The notes beneath the pieces were generated by a model. It saw only the letters and a list, made by a program, of their open reading frames with translations. It did not search any database and was not told the origin of the DNA. The position numbers and the translations under genes are program-made. Below, piece by piece: positions 18,696 to 27,094 of a stretch of 64,000 nucleotides of DNA. This DNA comes from Candidatus Woesearchaeota archaeon (GTDB lineage Archaea > Nanobdellota > Nanobdellia > Woesearchaeales > WJKR01). Positions within the stretch are counted from its first letter, which is position 1. Each line of letters opens with the position of its first letter. Location of the stretch: assembly GCA_016927245.1 (NCBI GenBank), contig JAFGNA010000011.1, positions 29,330 through 93,329 of the forward strand. The letters run 5' to 3'.

Positions 18696-19673
18696 TTATC
18701 TTCCTTGCTTGCTGTCCTTGTTGATGGCTTTCACGGTCGGTGCGGGTTGCTTCTTCTTCTGCCTGATGGCTTTTGCCATGATGACTAGTCGTTTCTTCGG
18801 TCCTGGCACCGTGCCTTTGATGAGGAGGTAGGTGTTCTTGACGTTGCCGTAGTGGGTGATGCCGCCTGCTTGGTTGACTTCTTCCGGGGCGTCGCTTATC
18901 TTGAGGATGGCGTTGTTGTATTGTGTTCGTTGGTGGTAGCCCATCTGTCCCGCGTGGGCGATGCGGTACATGAAATGCGCTTGGCCTGACCAGCCGCCGA
19001 GCGAGCCGGGGGTGCGTCGTCCTTTCTCGCTCTTGTGTGGTTTGAGGCCTATGCCGAACCGCTTGACGGCTCCTTGGAATCCTTTGCCGGTGGTGATGGC
19101 GTGGAGGTCTATGAGGTCTCCTTCTCGGAGGAGGTCTTGCGCGGTTATCTCTTTGTTGGCGTGCTCTTTGACGTAGGCGAGTTTTTCCTCGTTGGTCCCT
19201 CCTAGTTTGATCTCGAAGAGGTCTGGCTTCTTCTTGAAGCCTATCTTCTTGGGCTGGGTGTACGCGATGATGGTGATGTCTTTCGCTTCTTCGGGGTTGA
19301 TGGCGTTGATGTCGTGCTTGGCGTTCTTGGGGATGGTGAGCTTGCGTGCGAGGTCTTTGTCCGTGTTGATGATGACTTCCTTGCTGACCGCGACGCCGTA
19401 GCCGTGGGGCTTGTAGGCGCGTACGCTGTATATCCTCATGGGCGGGCATTCGATGATGGTGACGGGGATGGTGATTTCTTGGTTCTTGGAGGTCGAGGAT
19501 TTGCGGTTGTCCGTCGCGGTGATGTGGGTCATGCCTGCTTTGTAGCCGGCGAACGCGAGGGGCTTGGCGTCTTTGGCCGTGGCCCATGACCGCACCCTGG
19601 CTACTGGTCTCTTGGCTCGTTTCCGGGGCCAGTATTGCATGCTGCCGAATCGTGGTCGTTTCGCCTTTGGCAT
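18696..19673 (-). CDS. rpl3: Ribosomal protein uL3 (first gene of the operon)
   Basis: FAGYKAGMTHI..., FQGAVKRFG signature. 325 aa. Confidence 0.9.
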   Translation of the reverse strand: MPKAKRPRFGSMQYWPRKRAKRPVARVRSWATAKDAKPLAFAGYKAGMTHITATDNRKSSTSKNQEITIPVTIIECPPMRIYSVRAYKPHGYGVAVSKEVIINTDKDLARKLTIPKNAKHDINAINPEEAKDITIIAYTQPKKIGFKKKPDLFEIKLGGTNEEKLAYVKEHANKEITAQDLLREGDLIDLHAITTGKGFQGAVKRFGIGLKPHKSEKGRRTPGSLGGWSGQAHFMYRIAHAGQMGYHQRTQYNNAILKISDAPEEVNQAGGITHYGNVKNTYLLIKGTVPGPKKRLVIMAKAIRQKKKQPAPTVKAINKDSKQGR

Positions 19674-19971
19674 GGTGTCGTCCTTGTGAGTGCAGCCTTT
19701 TGCTGGAGCATCCCTTGAGAATACGCTCTTCGCGTACTGAAAAGGGGCTTCTTTTCAGGCTGCTGGTGTGTTCGTCACAATCCTTTGAAGGTGACGTGTG
19801 GTGGGGGAGAACGTGAAGGGTTTTTTAAAGCTATCGTGTGGAAAAGAATGTTAAAAAAATTAGTTTCCATATAGTAATTTCTATAAGGAACATAATCTGT
19901 CAGCATACCCAAAAAGAAATAAATTCTATAAAGAAAATAATTCGGGGAAAACAAAGAGAGAACAAAAAGAC
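19674..19971 (-). promoter_or_regulatory. Ribosomal-protein operon promoter and leader. Elements are a leader hairpin (~19737-19763), a TATA-like TTTTTTAAAG (~19821-19830) and a tandem palindromic upstream motif (19863-19896).
   Basis: AT-rich region upstream of rpl3. Motif gtTTCCATATAGtaatTTCTATAAGGAAcataat is shared with the pheS and rpl34e promoters. Inverted repeat tgaaaagGGGCTTCttttca lies in the leader. Confidence 0.5.
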
Positions 19972-20856
19972 TCACCGCACATAACTCTCAACGAGTCCGA
20001 CTAGCTCCTCAGGCGTCTCGACGATGTGACGAAAGTACGCCTGGCCAGAATCAGTCTTCACACCCTCCATAAGGACATCCCTGCCGTCAAAGCCCCACGC
20101 GACCCCGACGGGGACGAGCCGCTCCTTCCTGTAACTCCCCGTCCGCGCGACGTCAGTGCACGCCTGCAAATCAGAGAGCGTGTCGCCGACGAACATCGTC
20201 GCCTCGCCAGCCGCGCCCAAGACGCTCAAGGAGAGCGCGACCGCTATCTTGGACGGCTTCATGATGGCCTGGCTGTTCCCATTCGCGTCGTACCGCTTAA
20301 GCGTCTCCGCCGTGACGAAGGAATCGAAACAACACAAAAGGCCATGATGAGAAAGGTCGCGGTAGATGGACTTCCAGCTATTCGTCGTGTTGATCGCGAG
20401 CCGTACGCGCTGGTTGAATGAGGCATCCTCCTGGAGGTGGCCGAGCTCCCAGACCCGCTTGACCGCCTGCGGCATGCCGTCGAAAGCAGGGGCGACGTAC
20501 GCCTCCTTGAACCGCTCATAATGCTTCCAGACCGGGTGCGCGTGGTCGCTCATGTCGCAAGGGAGCCCGAACGCGTCGTACAAGAACTGCCCGCCGCCGA
20601 CGTTGTAGAGATGATTGTACACTTGGAGGAACCCTTGGAAGTCGACCGGCACGACCCGCTCGCCAGGGCTGTCCTCGAGCGCGACGCGACGCTCCTTCGT
20701 GAGCTCCTCCTTCTCCCCCACCGCGGCGAAACGTGAGAAGTAAGCAAGGGGCGCATCGCCGTTGCTATGCTTGTTCCAGTACAAGAACCACTCGTACTGG
20801 CGCATGGACGTGTCCCCTATCGTGCCGTCATAGTCGAAGATGATCGCGTCGAGCAT
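19972..20856 (-). CDS. HAD-superfamily hydrolase
   Basis: MLDAIIFDYDGTIGDT (motif I DxD), KPSK, GDTLSDLQA (motif IV). Likely start at 20856; the track ORF to 21009 overlaps the primase gene. Confidence 0.7.
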   Translation of the reverse strand: MLDAIIFDYDGTIGDTSMRQYEWFLYWNKHSNGDAPLAYFSRFAAVGEKEELTKERRVALEDSPGERVVPVDFQGFLQVYNHLYNVGGGQFLYDAFGLPCDMSDHAHPVWKHYERFKEAYVAPAFDGMPQAVKRVWELGHLQEDASFNQRVRLAINTTNSWKSIYRDLSHHGLLCCFDSFVTAETLKRYDANGNSQAIMKPSKIAVALSLSVLGAAGEATMFVGDTLSDLQACTDVARTGSYRKERLVPVGVAWGFDGRDVLMEGVKTDSGQAYFRHIVETPEELVGLVESYVR

Positions 20857-20896
20857 CACGGGGAGAGAAGCGAGAAAGGATATATATTGTTTTTCC

Positions 20897-22423
20897 TCAT
20901 GAGTGGTCCTCTCGCGCTTTCTGCCGCTCACGATACGCCCGCCGCATCGCCTTCTGCTCATCGGTGAGCTTCGCGCGTCCGCCCTTCCCCCTCCCTTGCG
21001 AGTGCTCATATTTCAGCCTCGCGTACTGCAACGGGTTCTTGATGCGGTCGCAGAACTCGTCAGGCCTGCACACCCCGAAGTCCTGGTAGTACCGCTTGCA
21101 GTTGTGCGGCGGCGCGGCGTCCTTCTTAGCCCGCTCGTAACGCAACCGCCCCTTGATGATCACTTGCCGCAAAGGCTCCTCGTTCTGCTGGTTCCACTCG
21201 TCCAATCGGTCTTCTATCTGCTCGAAGCTCCAACCAGCGCCGCGCAGGAAGTTGATGAGGGTGAAGAGCGCTCGCTTGCGCCCGTCTTTCAGACCGGAAA
21301 GCATGGCATGGATGCAAGGAGGAAAGTATTCTTCTGGGATGGCCTCTTCGGGGATGGCGTACTCTTTCTTCTCCGCGACGTCCTCTTCCAGTTTGGGATC
21401 GGAGTCGTACGCGGCGATGAGGAGCTTCGTCGCCTCTTCGGGCACGGCCGCTGAGCGGTCGAGGAAGGGAATGGAGAAGTCCACAGCATCGGGTTCGGCC
21501 TGTGATTTCTTGAACGAGAGCACCCTGTCCTTGTCGACGGGCACGCTCACCAGTTCGGACTTCTCATGGAAGCTGTAGGGCATGCGGTAGAGGTGCCGGT
21601 GCGCCAATAAGATGGTGTCAACCTCGATGATGGTGAGCGGGTCGAACCTGGCAGGGCCCTCCCTCCGCCGCTGCCGCGTGACGTGCTCCTGCATGATCGC
21701 GCCGCACGACGGGCACAGGTTCGTCCCTCCTTCCTGGTCCGTCTTGGCGATGAGGCCGCACGACGGGCAGAGCAAGTGCACCTTGCGCTCCTCCTCCTGC
21801 GCGGTGGTGAGATCCTCGACGCGCTTCCCGAGGCGCTTCGCCAATCGCTCCTTGCTAATCCGGTACTGCCCGTCGAACAAGAGGTGGTCGTCGCGCTCTT
21901 CCAAGTAGTGCTCAACGAGGTAGTCGAGGAGGTAGTACGCGATCCTCCTCGGCGCTTCCGGGAACAAGTCCTTCGTCTTTTGTCCTTGGAACATCTCAGG
22001 GAATGACTGGAACGGGACGGCGACGTGGAATCCTTTGTTCCCGCTGAACTTCGCCGTGACCGCGGCGATGCCGTGCGCCTCCAGCGCCTTGATGAAGAGG
22101 TGGGTGATGAGCTTGGACAACGGCCAGTACGGGCAGTCCACGTCGAGGATGAGATCCCACCCTGTCCGGAGCTCCTCGACGTCCTTCCTACCCATACCGG
22201 TCTGGATGAGCAAGGGGTTGCTCCACAACTCCTCAGAGCAGTGAAACGAAGAGGCTTTCTTCTTCGCGAGCTCGAGCACGTCGCCCTCATTGAACAACGC
22301 GTCGGGGCGCTTCCCGAAAAAGGTCTGGAACCGCACCGAGACCTCCTTGTCACGGGCCTGCTCGACGAGGGCTCGCCGCACCTCGGGCAGCTTGTAGAAT
22401 GAGAGCGTCTTGGCGATGAACAT
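20897..22423 (-). CDS. priSL: Fused DNA primase: PriS catalytic domain, then zinc ribbon, then PriL C-terminal Fe-S domain
   Basis: PriS motifs LILDVD (DxD), FSGNKGFHVAVPF (SGxRGxH) and RHLYRMPYSFHEKSELVSVPVD. Zn ribbon CPSCG..x11..CPSCG. C-terminus FPPCIHAML plus three further Cys (NCKRYY..GVCRPDEFCDRIKNPLQY) match the PriL-CTD 4Fe-4S domain. No PriL N-terminal domain. Confidence 0.75.
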   Translation of the reverse strand: MFIAKTLSFYKLPEVRRALVEQARDKEVSVRFQTFFGKRPDALFNEGDVLELAKKKASSFHCSEELWSNPLLIQTGMGRKDVEELRTGWDLILDVDCPYWPLSKLITHLFIKALEAHGIAAVTAKFSGNKGFHVAVPFQSFPEMFQGQKTKDLFPEAPRRIAYYLLDYLVEHYLEERDDHLLFDGQYRISKERLAKRLGKRVEDLTTAQEEERKVHLLCPSCGLIAKTDQEGGTNLCPSCGAIMQEHVTRQRRREGPARFDPLTIIEVDTILLAHRHLYRMPYSFHEKSELVSVPVDKDRVLSFKKSQAEPDAVDFSIPFLDRSAAVPEEATKLLIAAYDSDPKLEEDVAEKKEYAIPEEAIPEEYFPPCIHAMLSGLKDGRKRALFTLINFLRGAGWSFEQIEDRLDEWNQQNEEPLRQVIIKGRLRYERAKKDAAPPHNCKRYYQDFGVCRPDEFCDRIKNPLQYARLKYEHSQGRGKGGRAKLTDEQKAMRRAYRERQKAREDHS

Positions 22424-22480
22424 GGAGTGGTCGGAAAGGAATAAACTATTTATGCGTTGCGCGCGCGTGACCCGTGGGCA

Positions 22481-22945
22481 TCAGTCGTCAAGCAGCGCCC
22501 ATCGCAGCGTCTCCTTCCGGAGGTTGCCCGTCGTGCGGACACGCTCGAAGCGCGTGACGGCGTGGCCCTCGAAGCAGGCGGACACGCGCTCAGCCCCGAC
22601 GTCCTCGTAGTAGTAGCACCTGACCTTGTTCGCGGGGTGCTGGCCTTCTACCAAGTCAAGGTATGGATGGAGCTCGCGCGCCACGTCCTGCATGGCCAGT
22701 TGCGGCATGACCGTGTCTTCGCGGTCTTCGACGTACTCATGCAGCACGGTGAACGTGGTGTTCTCCTCGTACGATCCCTGCTCGTTGAACTCCTCCAATC
22801 CCGTGTCGGCCGCGTACTGCCGCGCCCGGTACTCGTAGGGTGGGTCGAGCGCCGCCAACTCGTCCCTGAGCGTGACCTGCCTTGGAGGGCTGCACGCCGC
22901 TGAGAGGGATGAGAAGAGGAGCAAGGAGAGGAGGAACAAGCGCAT
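22481..22945 (-). CDS. Small secreted lipoprotein, function unknown
   Basis: MRLFLLSLLLFSSLSAAC lipobox-type signal peptide. 154 aa from the Met at 22945. Confidence 0.5.
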   Translation of the reverse strand: MRLFLLSLLLFSSLSAACSPPRQVTLRDELAALDPPYEYRARQYAADTGLEEFNEQGSYEENTTFTVLHEYVEDREDTVMPQLAMQDVARELHPYLDLVEGQHPANKVRCYYYEDVGAERVSACFEGHAVTRFERVRTTGNLRKETLRWALLDD

Positions 22946-22947
22946 CT

Positions 22948-23172
22948 TCACACGAGTCGCTCGCCGGTCTCGTTGTCCATGATGTGGATGACGCCGACGG
23001 GGCACGCCTCCGCCGCGGCCTTGTTCGCGGCCAACTCGTCCTCCTCGATGTCTCGCTTGAGCACGTCCGCCTTGCCATCAGTACCCATCCGCCAGTTCGC
23101 CTCGTTCTCGCTGACGCACGCGGCGGCGCCGATGCACCCGTCGCGGTCGAATGTTATCGTGTACTTCGCCAT
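22948..23172 (-). CDS. fdx: Single-cluster ferredoxin (Pyrococcus Fd-like)
   Basis: DGCIGAAAC...EACPVGVIHI. Compare P. furiosus Fd CIGDAIC...EACPVSAI. 74 aa. Confidence 0.7.
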   Translation of the reverse strand: MAKYTITFDRDGCIGAAACVSENEANWRMGTDGKADVLKRDIEEDELAANKAAAEACPVGVIHIMDNETGERLV

Positions 23173-23227
23173 GAGTCCACCACCTCCTCATCAGTCAATG
23201 GCTGAGAGGGTTTATATGGGTTGCGGT

Positions 23228-26200
23228 CTAGCGATAGTGGACGCGCTCGGCGAGGGCGCCGGCCGCTGCGCATCGCCATGACTGGTGGTCAACGACGCCT
23301 TCGAGGAGCCGCTCGGTGAGCTCTGGGGTGATGAGGGATGAGAGGTGGTTGCGGATCCTTGCCCGTTGCTTCTCCAGGTAGAGGTCCCAGTCAGGCCTGG
23401 CTTCGTTCACTTGTAGGAGGTAGACCCGTGTCTGCTTATTGTTGCTGCGCTCCAGGGCGTACGGCCTGCCGGTCTGCTCGTCGACGTGCATGTCCTGCGC
23501 GTCCGGCCTGTGTTTGGAGAAGCCGCTGAAGGGGTGGTAACTGATGCCGGGGGGCAGCTTGGTCCGGAAGTGGAGTTCTTCGCCGTCTTGGAGGAGTGTG
23601 TAGCGGTCCGAGGCTTTGCTGTAGAGCAACAGTTCTTCTGGTGGCAGGCGTCTCTCCGCGACGTTGTTGTAGCCGTCGATGATGGCTTCTAATGCTTGCT
23701 CGAACCGTCCTGCGATGATGCCTTGATAGAATCCTTGGAATTGTCGCATCTCGTTCATGTTGAGGTGGTGCGCGGGGTGGTCGACTATCTTTATTCCTTT
23801 GTAGTGGCCGTGGATGGTGGTGTAGAGCTGCTGGTCGCCTATGAGGTGGTTGCCCGCTTCTGAGAGCTTAGTGTCGTGGGTGATGAGCGCCTCTTCGAAG
23901 GTGTGGATGATGGGGTGCGCTCCTTCGTATTTCTCCAGGAATGATGAGGGGTCTCCTTGGAGGTAGAAGTAAGGGCCTTCTTGGTGTATCATTCTCAAGC
24001 CATGTTCTTCTGCTACTCGCTTCGCGCTGCGCACCATTCGTTCCAGTCGCGTCTTCGCTTCCTCGTATGTTGTTTGGAATTGTTGTTCGAACTTGTACTT
24101 GGCTTTTGCGAGCTTGCTCTCGTTGTTGAGGAGGTATCGGAGGTCTTCTGCGTCTATTTCTTCGTGGGCACGCAGGGCGAACGGGGCTGCTGCCACTGCC
24201 CGCTTGAGCGCTTCTTCGCTGATCGAGCCGTGGAAGAGGTCGTTGCTCGTCGTCTTGTTGTGGTTCTTGAGGAGTCTTTGGTAGTACCTAATGGTTTCTT
24301 GGTATCGGGGGCTTTCTTTGGACACTTTTTGTCGTTTCCGTTCCAGTCCTCGTCGTAGCTTGTCGACCCGTTCGTAGTCTGCTATGAGCCATTCCGCGAG
24401 GGCGTTGCCGTACCTGCTGAGCAGGACGCGGTCTTCCTTGCTCCTGGGGCGCTCGTTGAAGATGACGGCCGCTTCCGGGTTGGTCTTGACGAGGAGGTCT
24501 TTGAGGGCGTGGCCGTAGCGGAGCATGAGGAGGTGCACTTGCACGTAGAGCCCTGGCTCAGCCCTCGTGTTCCCGAGCCTTTCGAGCGTCTTCCTGAATC
24601 CTTGCTTGTTCTCCGCGTATTCCGCTCTCATTTGTTGGCTGCTGCGGAAGAGCTTGTCGTACTCCGCTCCTGTCGTCTTGAGGAATGCTCGTTCGTTCGT
24701 CTTCTGCACTGCTCTTGAGGAGTAGGCGAGGTGCTCTATCGGCAGGTTGAGCCTGTCCGCGAAGTTGGTGACGCGGTCGAGGAAATTGGTGAATGTCGGC
24801 GAGGCCCGCATCTTCGCGAGGATGGCGACGTCCTTGCCCGCGTACGACGCTATCTTCCTCGCCGCTTCCTCGCTCTCTCGTTGGATGTCATTGAGGGTCT
24901 TCCCTTGCATGAGGAGTACTTCTTGTATGTGCTCGTTGTCCTTGATGCGGTGGTATTGCCTCGCCTTCTCTTCCAATAGTTCCATCTCGTCATACGTCAG
25001 TTCCTTGTCGAACGCTTTTTCTCCGAGCATGACCTTGGCGACGAGCGATAATTTCTTGTTCGGCAGCCAGTCGTATTGTATCTGCGCGAACCGCAGGAAG
25101 TCTATGAGCAGCCTGCTCTTGACGCCTATGCGTTCGAAGAACCTCGTCGTGGCCTCGTGGACTGGTTGGTGCTGGTCTTCCTCGTCGGGGGTGAATGATT
25201 CTTCCAGGCTCTTGAGCTCTTCCGCGTCTCGTAGGTTGATGTAGTCGAACTTGCCGTTGTGCGCGGTCATGAGCAACGGGTCCTCTCGCCTGATGCTCTC
25301 CTTCACCCCTAGCAACAGCTTGGCGATGTCTCCTTGGTAGTCGATGACGTCGTGGTCCGCGAAGGTTGGTTGGCCGGTGCCGCTCGCGGTGTGCATCTCT
25401 TGCTTGTACACTTCTCCTTCTCGTTCGTAGTGGATGACGACCCAGCTGGTCTCGGGCTTGTCCGTCTTCCAGCCGGGTATCTCGATGTCGAGGTGCGCCC
25501 ATGTGTGGTCGATGAGTTCTGTGTGGCTGGGAGTCCTTGCGGGCCAGAGGAGGCTTGTGTCTTGGAGGAGTAGTTCCAGCTCTCCTTCCCTCATGACAGG
25601 GGTCATGCCTCTTGCTTGCTCGAGCGTGGTGTAAAGCTCTTGGAGCTCGTCCCGTTCCTTGATGAGGTGTTCTGGGAGGTGCTTGAGGTAGGCGTTCTGC
25701 TCTGCTAGTTTGCTGGTTGGTTGCTTGTCCATCGCCGCCTTGTCGAGCTCGTTGCTCATCCTCGTCACGTACGCCTTGTTCTTCCCTTTTGCGTGCGCCC
25801 GTAGCTTCTCCTTGAGCGCTCTTCGCCTCTCGTTGTAGAGCTTCGCCATGGCGATGCTTGTCTTGAGGCCTGTTCGTAGCGCGAGTACCGTGCCGGGGTT
25901 GCCGTAGTGCTCCCTGGCGGTCCGCGTGTAGTTCTTGGTGTCGAAGTTCGTTCCTTGCCGTTCCCGCAGCAGTGGTGCGATGCTCGGCGGCCCGGCGAGT
26001 TGTATGACGTTGAATGAGTGGTTCTCGTGCTTGTTCTTCTTGCGGTAGGTGATGCTGATGCCAGGGATGGTTTGGACGTCTGCGAGGACGTCTTCTAGCG
26101 CTTTGTGGGTTGAGAAGTGCCTGCTGGTGAAGACGTGTTCTCGTAGCGGTACGAGCAGCGTTCCTGTGTTCTTGAGGTAGAGTTCCGCTACGTCGTGCGT

Positions 26201-26293
26201 CGGTCTTGCTTTGATGTCGGTGAGTATCCTCTCGACGACGTCACTCCTGCTCATGGTTGGTGGTGAAGCTGGTCGAGCATATAAGCGTTTCAC
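23228..26293 (-). CDS. Family-B DNA polymerase-like protein. 3'-5' exonuclease motifs are present; polymerase catalytic motifs are not recognisable.
   Basis: Exo I AHLDIEIPGW (DIE). Exo II MTAHNGKFDYINL..RDAEEL (hNGxxFDxxYL). Possible Exo III LTYDEMELL. The C-terminal 500 aa has only degenerate counterparts of motif A (EPGLYVQV), motif B (LLSRYGNAL) and motif C (YLQGDPSS), with no DxD or DTD. Size and domain order match a PolB. Confidence 0.55.
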   Translation of the reverse strand: MKRLYARPASPPTMSRSDVVERILTDIKARPTHDVAELYLKNTGTLLVPLREHVFTSRHFSTHKALEDVLADVQTIPGISITYRKKNKHENHSFNVIQLAGPPSIAPLLRERQGTNFDTKNYTRTAREHYGNPGTVLALRTGLKTSIAMAKLYNERRRALKEKLRAHAKGKNKAYVTRMSNELDKAAMDKQPTSKLAEQNAYLKHLPEHLIKERDELQELYTTLEQARGMTPVMREGELELLLQDTSLLWPARTPSHTELIDHTWAHLDIEIPGWKTDKPETSWVVIHYEREGEVYKQEMHTASGTGQPTFADHDVIDYQGDIAKLLLGVKESIRREDPLLMTAHNGKFDYINLRDAEELKSLEESFTPDEEDQHQPVHEATTRFFERIGVKSRLLIDFLRFAQIQYDWLPNKKLSLVAKVMLGEKAFDKELTYDEMELLEEKARQYHRIKDNEHIQEVLLMQGKTLNDIQRESEEAARKIASYAGKDVAILAKMRASPTFTNFLDRVTNFADRLNLPIEHLAYSSRAVQKTNERAFLKTTGAEYDKLFRSSQQMRAEYAENKQGFRKTLERLGNTRAEPGLYVQVHLLMLRYGHALKDLLVKTNPEAAVIFNERPRSKEDRVLLSRYGNALAEWLIADYERVDKLRRGLERKRQKVSKESPRYQETIRYYQRLLKNHNKTTSNDLFHGSISEEALKRAVAAAPFALRAHEEIDAEDLRYLLNNESKLAKAKYKFEQQFQTTYEEAKTRLERMVRSAKRVAEEHGLRMIHQEGPYFYLQGDPSSFLEKYEGAHPIIHTFEEALITHDTKLSEAGNHLIGDQQLYTTIHGHYKGIKIVDHPAHHLNMNEMRQFQGFYQGIIAGRFEQALEAIIDGYNNVAERRLPPEELLLYSKASDRYTLLQDGEELHFRTKLPPGISYHPFSGFSKHRPDAQDMHVDEQTGRPYALERSNNKQTRVYLLQVNEARPDWDLYLEKQRARIRNHLSSLITPELTERLLEGVVDHQSWRCAAAGALAERVHYR

Positions 26294-26394
26294 TCATGAG
26301 TGGTCATCGATTCTTTCAGCGGGTTATTCCTCGTCGAGGAGGTATAAAAAAGCCTTGCTAAAGCCTTAAATACGACTGGTTCTTCTCCGACGGG

Positions 26395-26640
26395 ATGGAG
26401 GTCGCGTACATCCTCGTCCAAGCCCGTCACGGCAAGCTCAAAATAGCGTCTGCGGCGCTGCGCAAGTATGAGGAGATTGAGGAGCTTCACGAGATCTACG
26501 GCAGGTATGACATCATCCTCAAGGTGGTGTGCGCGGACCGGTCAGAGATGAAATCGTTCATGCAGAACAAGCTGCACATCACCGAAGGCATACGCGCGAC
26601 GGAGACATTGGTGGTGAATGACCTGCAGAGCGGGGAGTGA
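26395..26640 (+). CDS. Stand-alone Lrp/AsnC C-terminal ligand-binding (RAM) domain protein
   Basis: AYILVQARHG...YGRYDIILKVVCADRSEM...GIRATETLVV matches the AsnC_trans_reg domain. 81 aa. Confidence 0.7.
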   Translation: MEVAYILVQARHGKLKIASAALRKYEEIEELHEIYGRYDIILKVVCADRSEMKSFMQNKLHITEGIRATETLVVNDLQSGE

Positions 26641-26734
26641 GTTCATTTAACACCGTGTTAGTATTTGCGCCTTGGCAACTGCAACCACTTCAAGCGTCGT
26701 CCTTTGAATCAAATAAAAGACACACAAGAAGCTA

Positions 26735-27046
26735 TTATTTATTATACACTTCATCAGGAAAACAACAAGCCGAGCACGATTGTCCGCTACTGCAAGTTTT
26801 ATGATAAGGCCAAGAGTTACCAGGCATTTTGCACATGCAATAATTATCCCCTGTTGAAAACGACGGCAAGCTTCTCGCGTCCCCGACGACGTTGCCCTCT
26901 TCATCAACTACTACTATCTCGCCGCCATAAGAACTCGCCGACGCAGCGTTATTATGTTGCAGCATCACCAAGCTCACCAGTCCGACGACCGCCACGATGG
27001 CGACCATTGCGATGAGCGCGAACGCCTGGTTGTTCTTCTCTGCCAT
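26735..27046 (-). CDS. Small membrane-anchored or secreted Cys-rich protein; 3' half lies in an AT-rich patch
   Basis: MAEKNNQAFALIAMVAIVAVVGLVSLVML hydrophobic N-terminus (pilin-like without the canonical G). C-terminus CMCKMPGNSWPYHKTCSSGQSCSACCF. Codon usage switches to AT-rich in the last ~50 codons. Confidence 0.35.
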   Translation of the reverse strand: MAEKNNQAFALIAMVAIVAVVGLVSLVMLQHNNAASASSYGGEIVVVDEEGNVVGDARSLPSFSTGDNYCMCKMPGNSWPYHKTCSSGQSCSACCFPDEVYNK

Positions 27047-27094
27047 GAATGCAACACCTCGCACAAAGGTTGTGAAGTGTCCATCAAAGAAATA

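Noticed and set aside
18244-19587. 447-aa Arg/His/Pro-rich ORF on the minus strand across rpl3-rpl4
   Set aside because: Alternative frame of genuine ribosomal protein genes. The low-complexity R/H/P composition is typical of off-frame translation in high-GC DNA.
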